The translations under genes were made by a program, and so were the position numbers. Positions 56,768 through 64,000 of a stretch of 64,000 bases of DNA are shown one piece after another. The stretch is from Candidatus Cryptobacteroides gallistercoris (GTDB taxonomy: Bacteria; Bacteroidota; Bacteroidia; Bacteroidales; UBA932), in the NCBI GenBank assembly GCA_017694835.1, contig JADIMJ010000040.1, positions 555 to 64,554 on the forward strand, given 5' to 3'. The first letter of the stretch is position 1. The number at the start of each line of letters is the position of its first letter. Under the pieces are notes generated by a model. The model was not told where the DNA came from. It was given only the letters and a program-made list of their open reading frames with translations, and did not search any database.

Positions 56768-58288
56768 ATGAAAACAATTTTCAAAATATTTGCAAATGCT
56801 GCCGTAATCGGCGGACTTGTCGCTGTTGCAGGATGTACAAAGAACTTTCCGGAGTATAATACCGACCAGTATGCGCTTCGTGCCGAGAGTCCTGCTCTCA
56901 TCATCCCTTCGATGATAGAGACGATGATGTACGCCCAGCAGAACAGCTCCCAGATGGCAGACCAGATGGTCGGCTCTCTCGGCGGCTACTTCACCAATGT
57001 CAACAGATGGCAGGGAGCCAACTACGACACTTTCAATGTTTCAGACGGCTGGAATACATCTGTATATGACCAGGCTTTCCAGGGCGTCTACAGCAACTAT
57101 TTCAAGGTCGAGGACCTCACTGACGGAGAGGGGCACTGGTTCGCTCTCGCAAAACTCGTCAAGGCTGCGTCCATGATGAGGGTCACTGACTGCTACGGGC
57201 CTATCCCTTACAGCCAGGTTAAGGACGGAGACATGTATGTGGCATACGATTCGGGAGAAGATGTCTACAGGAACATCATTGACGACCTCCTCAGTGCAGC
57301 CGATGTGCTTTATCAGTATTCAGTACAGGTGGGAGCTTCCCCTATCGGGACCTCCGATGCCATCTACAGCGGCAATTATGCCAACTGGGCAAAATTGGGC
57401 GTGTCAATGGCAATGAGGGCTGCCATGAGGGCCGGCTTTGAGGATGAATTCGTGAGGGCCATGAATTCAGAATGCGGATATATCGACGAGAATTCAGAAA
57501 ATGCTCTTCTCGACCCTAAGTCTCAGGGAAATCCTTATCAGCTTGCCTCTTCATCATGGGGGGACATCAGAATCAATGCCAGCATCACAGACTATATGAA
57601 CGGGTACAATGACCCACGCATGCCGTTCTACTTCACCGCAGCCACAGATGGCGATGTGACATACCAGGGCATACGCATGGGCCAGGCAGCCAATTTCAAC
57701 AAATCAAGCTCCGCCGCGTTCTCCCAGCCTAACTTCCTCACATCTACCAAACTTCCTGTATTCGTGGCGGCTGAGACACAGTTCCTGCTTGCAGAAGCTG
57801 TCCTTCGCGGCTGGATAAGCGGAGATGCCAAGACATACTACAACAATGGTATAGCCTTGTCGTTTGACCAGTGGGGAGCCGGCAGTGCTGATGCATACAT
57901 AAGCAATACTACGGCGATACCTGCTGACCACAACGATTTCCTCAATCAGACATACACCCGCTCTACTGAGGTCAAGATTGCCTGGGATGCCGAGAGCACG
58001 ACAGACAAGCATCTTGAGCAGATAATAACCCAGAAATGGATAGCCAACTTCCCTATGGGCATTGAGGCATGGGCGGAATACAGGCGTACCGGATATCCGG
58101 AACTGTGCGAATCCGTCTCCACTCAGGAGCCGAATGCTACCATCCACTCCATAAAGGACTATCACCGTCTCCGCTATCCGTATACGGAAGCGAGTCTCAA
58201 TCCTGCAAATTATGCTGCAGCCGTACAGGCTCTCGGAGGCGCTGACCATGAAAGCACTGCGCTGTTCTGGCAGGGGAAAGGAATTTAA
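56768..58288 (+). CDS. SusD/RagB family lipoprotein
   Basis: AVAGC lipobox, DCYGPIPY, DPR, EQIITQKWIA, EYRRTGYP. Confidence 0.94.
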   Translation: MKTIFKIFANAAVIGGLVAVAGCTKNFPEYNTDQYALRAESPALIIPSMIETMMYAQQNSSQMADQMVGSLGGYFTNVNRWQGANYDTFNVSDGWNTSVYDQAFQGVYSNYFKVEDLTDGEGHWFALAKLVKAASMMRVTDCYGPIPYSQVKDGDMYVAYDSGEDVYRNIIDDLLSAADVLYQYSVQVGASPIGTSDAIYSGNYANWAKLGVSMAMRAAMRAGFEDEFVRAMNSECGYIDENSENALLDPKSQGNPYQLASSSWGDIRINASITDYMNGYNDPRMPFYFTAATDGDVTYQGIRMGQAANFNKSSSAAFSQPNFLTSTKLPVFVAAETQFLLAEAVLRGWISGDAKTYYNNGIALSFDQWGAGSADAYISNTTAIPADHNDFLNQTYTRSTEVKIAWDAESTTDKHLEQIITQKWIANFPMGIEAWAEYRRTGYPELCESVSTQEPNATIHSIKDYHRLRYPYTEASLNPANYAAAVQALGGADHESTALFWQGKGI

Positions 58289-58308
58289 CTATTAACAGAT
58301 AAATTGAT

Positions 58309-59493
58309 ATGAGAAAGATCAATATATTCAAATCGGTTATGATTGCAGCCGCCGCCTTCGCCGCAGTCGGCTGCAGTGACTGGATGACTCCTGAACCGGA
58401 GGTTTTTGATGAGTATTCTCTGACAGAAGTCGCCAGAGACGATGCTTATTATGAAGCTCTTCGCGCATACAAGGAGTCGGATCATGCCATAGCCTTCGGC
58501 TGGTATGACGGCTGGGGGGAACCGGGGATGTCTACTGCAAACATGCTTTTAGCTGTTCCTGATTCAATGGATATTATCTCCTTGTGGAATAATTCAAGAC
58601 CTCTGACTCCACAAAAGAAAGAAGAATTAAGATTTGTCCAGGATGTAAAAGGGACAAAGGTCTTGGTTTGTACATTTGTGCAGAAAATAGGAAATGGCTT
58701 TACTCCTGCCGAATATGAATATGATACAAGTCGTCCCGAAACTGTTGCCGCATGGAATGAATATTGGGGCTGGACAGATAATCCTGAAAATAAAGAGGTC
58801 AACAAGCCGGCCATTGAAAAATATGCAAAAGCGATTTCAGATACTCTTTATTATTATGGATATGATGGCCTTGATATAGATCTAGAACCGAATATAGATG
58901 CCACATATGGCCCTCTTGATGAAGATGCTACATATCTTCAGTGGCTTTTCGAAGCTTTGAGCAAATATATAGGACCAAAGTCCGGTACAGGAAGATTGTT
59001 TGTCATAGATGGAGAACTTTGGGAAATCCCGGCTGAAACATGTACTTGCTTTGACTATTTTGTAGCACAGGCTTATTCTGTCAGTGGAGGTACTCCTTCC
59101 CCTAATGCTGGTGTATCTGCTTCTAATCTTGATTCTCGTCTAAGTAGAATTGTCAATATTTTTTGTCCGACATACATGACTGAAGAAGAAGTTACCAATA
59201 AGTTTGTCGTAACTGAAAATCTTGAAAGTGCCATAGACTGTCTGAACGGAGGATTTTATTGGATAGACGGTACCGGTTCATGGTCCAAGTCTGTCATGCC
59301 GTCTTATCTCGGCATGGCTTATTGGCAGCCATCCAATGGATTCCGCAAAGGAGGATTCGGGGCGTATAAATTCAGTAATGAGAGAAATAATTCGCCTATG
59401 TACAAATGGCTCAGAAAAGGTATCCAACAACAGAATCCGAGCAGTCCGGATGTTGATATTATAACTCCTGAAGATTTTGTTGCAAGAGATTAA
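58309..59493 (+). CDS. GH18 endo-beta-N-acetylglucosaminidase-like lipoprotein
   Basis: AVGC lipobox, YYEALRAYK, PDSMDIISLW, catalytic DGLDIDLE. Confidence 0.88.
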   Translation: MRKINIFKSVMIAAAAFAAVGCSDWMTPEPEVFDEYSLTEVARDDAYYEALRAYKESDHAIAFGWYDGWGEPGMSTANMLLAVPDSMDIISLWNNSRPLTPQKKEELRFVQDVKGTKVLVCTFVQKIGNGFTPAEYEYDTSRPETVAAWNEYWGWTDNPENKEVNKPAIEKYAKAISDTLYYYGYDGLDIDLEPNIDATYGPLDEDATYLQWLFEALSKYIGPKSGTGRLFVIDGELWEIPAETCTCFDYFVAQAYSVSGGTPSPNAGVSASNLDSRLSRIVNIFCPTYMTEEEVTNKFVVTENLESAIDCLNGGFYWIDGTGSWSKSVMPSYLGMAYWQPSNGFRKGGFGAYKFSNERNNSPMYKWLRKGIQQQNPSSPDVDIITPEDFVARD

Positions 59494-59529
59494 TTTTATT
59501 CTGCTGTGAAATTGATTAAAGAGAATATC

Positions 59530-60747
59530 ATGAATAAAATATTTAGAATTGGATTGAGTGTCGCGGCAGTAATATTTGTTTCTGCCTGCAATGACGCTGA
59601 ATACGGGGTCGGCGGAGTCCATGCTTTCCTTAATGAAGGCACACAGTCTGCCGGAGTAAATGGCACCGTAGTTTCACTTGGAGAAACAGGAGCGGATTAT
59701 TCGCTGACTGTTACTTTGACTGACAGGGCTTCAGAGGATGCCGTGTTCAAATTTGTGGCAGATGAAAGCGTTCTGGAGGTATATAACAGAGAACAAAGTT
59801 CCGGATATAAAGCATTGCCTGCTGATTACTATGATCTTGGAGGAGAAATTTTGATTCCGGCAGGTGAGTACTCGGCCGATCCGGTTTCTATACACATTTC
59901 CACTCTTCCGAATGACCTTACAGGAACGCCTCTTGCTCTTCCTGTGAGGCTTGAGAAAGTGTCAGGGAATGTGGATCCGACTCCTGTAACATCTTCCTAT
60001 GTGATTGCTTTGGAGACGGTTCTCGTAAATGATTTGGCTCAGTTCAATGGCGCTTCCGGACTTAGGGCAGAAAACTTCAACGGTTCTTTCCCTACGGGAT
60101 TTACGATTGAGGTTAAATTTCAGGTAAGCAATACCGCCAACAGAAACAGGGATGTTTTCTCCAATGGTGCAAGCGTCCTATTCCGTTTTGAAGATCCACA
60201 GAGTGATCAGGGCGATGTCAAGGCACATTCAGCTGTCCAGTTTCAGGGAAGTCCGGCGTATATAAACCCGGATCCACTTGTCGGATTTGATGTCAATTGC
60301 TGGCAGCATTTGGCCTATACATGGGATGGGTCTTCGGGCTATCTGTATTATAACGGACAGCAAGTAGGAACTAAAGCAATTACTTCATCAGATGTTGGAG
60401 ACGGTTCTTTCCCTGTAGCCAGCTGGTTTGGCGGAGCGACAGGAGATGGCGGGCATGGAACAGGTTCAAGCTGGTGGATAGGATGTGACATAATGTTTAC
60501 AGAAGCCAGAATATGGTCTGTTGTCAGAACGCCTGAACAGATAGCCAACAATATGTCTTTTGTCGGAGCCGACAGTAATGGACTTGAAGGTTACTGGAGA
60601 ATCAACAGGGCATCCTATACCGATAACGGAGACGGAACATATCAGTTTGAGGATCTTACAGGAAAAGGACATCCGCTTGTTTCAAGCACGAACTTTGAGT
60701 GGAACGAGAATATTTCCAGTGAAGACACGGAGACTCCTTGGATATAA
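59530..60747 (+). CDS. DUF1735 + LamG/ConA-like surface glycan-binding lipoprotein
   Basis: VSAC lipobox, YN....YKALP, ALPVRL, WQHLAYTWDG, EARIWS.VRT..QI, GLEGYW. Confidence 0.85.
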   Translation: MNKIFRIGLSVAAVIFVSACNDAEYGVGGVHAFLNEGTQSAGVNGTVVSLGETGADYSLTVTLTDRASEDAVFKFVADESVLEVYNREQSSGYKALPADYYDLGGEILIPAGEYSADPVSIHISTLPNDLTGTPLALPVRLEKVSGNVDPTPVTSSYVIALETVLVNDLAQFNGASGLRAENFNGSFPTGFTIEVKFQVSNTANRNRDVFSNGASVLFRFEDPQSDQGDVKAHSAVQFQGSPAYINPDPLVGFDVNCWQHLAYTWDGSSGYLYYNGQQVGTKAITSSDVGDGSFPVASWFGGATGDGGHGTGSSWWIGCDIMFTEARIWSVVRTPEQIANNMSFVGADSNGLEGYWRINRASYTDNGDGTYQFEDLTGKGHPLVSSTNFEWNENISSEDTETPWI

Positions 60748-60772
60748 TATTTTACCGAGTAGTTTGACTTAT

Positions 60773-60812
60773 AAAAGATGGTCTGGAGGTTCGCTTCGGA
60801 CCATCTTTTTTT
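60773..60812 (+). terminator. Intrinsic terminator closing the PUL
   Basis: AAAAGATGGTCTGGAG-gttcg-CTTCGGACCATCTTTTTTT. Confidence 0.85.
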
Positions 60813-60923
60813 ATGATTGTGGCTAAAATTGTAATTTTATAGACAAATCCTTGATTTATGAATAACATTAAGTATATTTGAAGAAAAATATATTTAATAT
60901 TAATTTAAATAAACCTAATGCTT

Positions 60924-61259
60924 ATGAAATGTTATATCAAAGGTCTAATTTGCCTGTCGACAGCTTTCTCTATTGTTTCATGTACTTTGACGGAACTGAC
61001 TCCGGAACAAATTCAAAACGAGCTGAAGAATCCCGGGAGAATCCGGACCAGATGTCCCGATGTTCCTGCGGATAGTCTTGAAATGCTGAGCAGAATCCAG
61101 TCTGACAAGGAGATGATGCTTCTTAATCAGATATGGTTCAAGGACGGGAACTTTGTCCTTGGATTAAGCAGGAATGATGCTATGGATTTGGGTATTCCGG
61201 AGGAGATGTATGACAGGTTCCTAAATTATGTGAACAAGGCAAATGAATATATAAAATAA
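60924..61259 (+). CDS. Small hypothetical lipoprotein
   Basis: Signal ending SIVSC; 10 bp upstream of next gene. Confidence 0.65.
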   Translation: MKCYIKGLICLSTAFSIVSCTLTELTPEQIQNELKNPGRIRTRCPDVPADSLEMLSRIQSDKEMMLLNQIWFKDGNFVLGLSRNDAMDLGIPEEMYDRFLNYVNKANEYIK

Positions 61260-61269
61260 GACACTGGCT

Positions 61270-64000
61270 ATGAAAAAATTATTTTCCTCTTCATTGATTA
61301 CTATCTTATCGGTGATTTTCTGCGCCCTTCCTGCATCGGGACAGTCTCTTGAAGACAATGCGGAAGTAAGGGAATTCCTTGACGATATGTTCGGGCAGCT
61401 GGACATGTCCAAAGTTCCGACAGGATTGTTGAGAGATTATGCGTTTGAACTTGTGGATTTTGACAGATATGACGGGAAGGTGTTGACTGACAGCAATTAT
61501 GTGGAGAAAACGACTTTTGAATATCTGTTGCGCAGTATACGCTCGTCAGCTGTAGGAGAAAAACCTTTCAGGCCAGTAAATTCAATTCTGGATGACATGC
61601 ATAATGTCAACGACGGTTCTATTGCAGTCGGTATATAATTGTATAAATACAACTATATCAGAGACGATGCCCTTGACAATAACCTGATTCGATATCAGGG
61701 AGACAGGTTCTATGACAATTACGATGAAAACGGGCAATGGATTAATCCGTATGCCGAAAAATATGTTGTGGGATTTTCTTCTTACAGCAGGGTACATAAA
61801 GGGTCGGGCATAAAGTTCTCTTTTCCGTCAGAATTCATTTTTACCAATACGGAAATTTCAAAATTGGAATTTGATGCCGGTGATGGCAGCGGATACAGGC
61901 AGGTTTCCGCAGGAAGTTCTTTGACGGTAGGATTTGATGAAAGGGAAAGGGAGTTGAAGATGAGGATTACTCTTTCAACAGGAGAGATGCTTGTCTGCCA
62001 CGGTACAATGTATTCTTCCGGAGGTCGCGTGGAATTGTCGTCAGCCGGGTCATCAGTTCCGAGACCTTCAATTCCTGATATGGTCAAACCATTTTCCTGC
62101 AGTTCGGCAAGCGGACAGATAGAAGCTTCTGCGTCAGTATTTTATGCTGAGAACAAATCCGGCGCCGGAATTATCAGACCATTTGTAGTAGTGGAAGGCT
62201 TTGACCCGATGGATTTGGCCGATTATATGTATGGAATGGGAGCAATAGGCAATTATAATGCATGGTATGATGATTACGGCTTCACCAATGCGGAGAATTT
62301 GTTCCCGGCTATGCAGAATGTCATGGACGAGTATGATGTGATATATGTTGACTGGATGAACAGTGAGGCAGACATCCGTGATAATGCCAAGTTGATGGAA
62401 CAAATCATATTGTGGATAAATGAAGAGATGACGGATAATGGCAGCAGCGAGGGGATAGCTGTTGTGGGGCAGAGTATGGGTGGCCTTATTGTGCGCTATG
62501 CCTTGCGCTCAATGGAGTTTGAGGGAACAAAACATGGAGTTACAGCATTCGTCAGTCATGATGTCCCTCACCGGGGTGCGAATATCCCTGTGGGGATGCT
62601 GTATGCGGTCCATTCCTTGCTGTCTTTTTATTATGGCGAATCCTTGTCCGTTGATCTTCTTGATTTATTGACTGATTCTGAGGACTGGGTCAGAATGGTG
62701 CAGAAATATCTTTATTCAACATCAGCCAGTCAGATGCTTTGTAATTTTGTGAATCAGGACGGCCGGCTGGACAATTCCTCACATGCCGAATGGCAGGATG
62801 AAATAGATTTTATGGGCTTCCCTGAAGGTGACCCGGACAAAGGGATGATGAATTTTGCCATTGTTAATGGCGGAGAAACTGATGATTTGGCCGGTGTGAC
62901 AAGTTATCTGCATGCAAACGGGAATCTGCATACAAGATTCCTGACGGATCTGCTGAGTATTTTTTCAGGACCGATTCTGTGCAATTTTGTAGGGATTGAT
63001 GCCAATTTCTGGGATTATGTTCCCGGAAAAACAAATATTACAGCGTCAATAGATGTCTTTCCTTATTTGTCATCAGGGAATAAGGTCTTTGATATGAAAA
63101 TCATTTATCACAAGAAGGTACTCGGGATTTTCAACAGGGAAGTGACAGCTTTTTCCCAGATGAATTATGCGCCGTCATCCCCTTTGGCATTTGATGCTTT
63201 CCCTGGCTCATATTACAGTCTTTCACATTTCATCAATTCAGATGCGGATGCCATCAATATCGCTTTATTTCTCGGAGGTGATTACGAATATTCGGTCAAT
63301 GACAAATTCATGTTCGTCCCTACGGCAAGTGCGCTTGATATAGGCATAGGAAGAAGGACTTTGGCTGTAGGTGATTATACCAGATCTTATTGGCCTGACA
63401 TACCTCAGCCCTTGGTGGAGATGCCGTATCAGGCTGTTATCGCCGAATCAAAGGCATCCGATCATATCAGTGAAATAGAAAATATGTACGAATGGATACT
63501 GGAGCAGATGAGGATATATATTTCAGGGCCGCTTTCCCCTAAGTCCGGAGACCGCTATGTGCTTGAAAACTGCAGCTATCCTGTAAGATGGTCCATATCC
63601 GACATGTCAATAGCTGCAATAGACCCCCTTTCAGGAGAGATTACATTAAAGAAACCGGGGGTAGTCAAGGTGACAGCCACATATCAGTATGAGTATGGGA
63701 CGGTTTCAAGGAGCAAGACCGTGATGGTCGGTCTGCCGGATTTCTATATTTCAACATCCGAGGACGGAATGGTTGCCATTGCTACGGCAAAATGCAGGAC
63801 AAACGGGTCGATGTTCAAGATGTTGGTTGATGCCGGCCTCGTTGAATATGAGTGGGGGACAAAGACATGGGGAAATCCTATTGAATGGACCGTGCAGAAA
63901 GATTCTGTGTTTGCCCTTGGTGTCCCGGAAAGAATGTACAGGACAACGATATATATGAGGGTGAAGACTGCTTCCGGCCTGACAAGTCCTGTTTATAGTT
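61270..64000 (+). pseudogene. Large secreted alpha/beta-hydrolase (lipase-like) gene interrupted by in-frame TAA at 61636-61638; runs off window
   Basis: Same frame continues with no stop for 787 codons: RPFVVVEGFDP, VVGQSMGG (GxSxG), HDVPHRGANIP, FVPTASALD, Ig-like segment. Confidence 0.85.

Noticed and set aside
61636-61638. Stop-codon recoding or alternative genetic code
   Set aside because: TAA is not a Sec/Pyl codon and terminates many genuine genes in this window; nonsense mutation or base error is simpler
1-64000. tRNA/rRNA genes, transposases, integrases, invertible promoters
   Set aside because: None recognised by eye; a tRNAscan, Infernal and ISEScan run would be needed to exclude them formally

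Overview
Chromosomal segment of a Bacteroidales bacterium. The assignment rests on many TAnnTTTG -7 promoters, a SusC/SusD pair, the holB-ricT-gldH synteny and a Bacteroides-type EF-G2. The first 26 kb is mostly housekeeping (folA, holB, ricT, trxA, lgt, pgk, Mrp, S46 peptidase, rnhB, EF-G2, ECF sigma cluster, rsmA, aspS). From 26.5 to 48.4 kb is an efflux and metal-homeostasis neighbourhood: an RND permease fused in frame to its outer-membrane lipoprotein, a Fur-family repressor, a Czc/Cus-type RND operon, feoAB and a hemerythrin + LuxR pair. An AT-richer cassette sits between the Fur gene and the Czc/Cus operon. It encodes an exported TPR-array protein translationally coupled to a single-pass membrane TIR protein, which is the best candidate for an undescribed system (a Toll-receptor-like trans-envelope sensor/effector). 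Two unannotated sRNA candidates with promoter, anti-start-codon seed and terminator were found: 46.9 kb (between feoB and hemerythrin, possibly iron-sparing) and 50.5 kb (sigma54 promoter). The window ends with an N-glycan-type PUL (SusC/SusD/GH18/DUF1735-LamG) and a large secreted alpha/beta-hydrolase gene broken by a single in-frame TAA. No rRNA, tRNA, CRISPR array or transposase was recognised. All calls are from reading motifs by eye; no database search was run.
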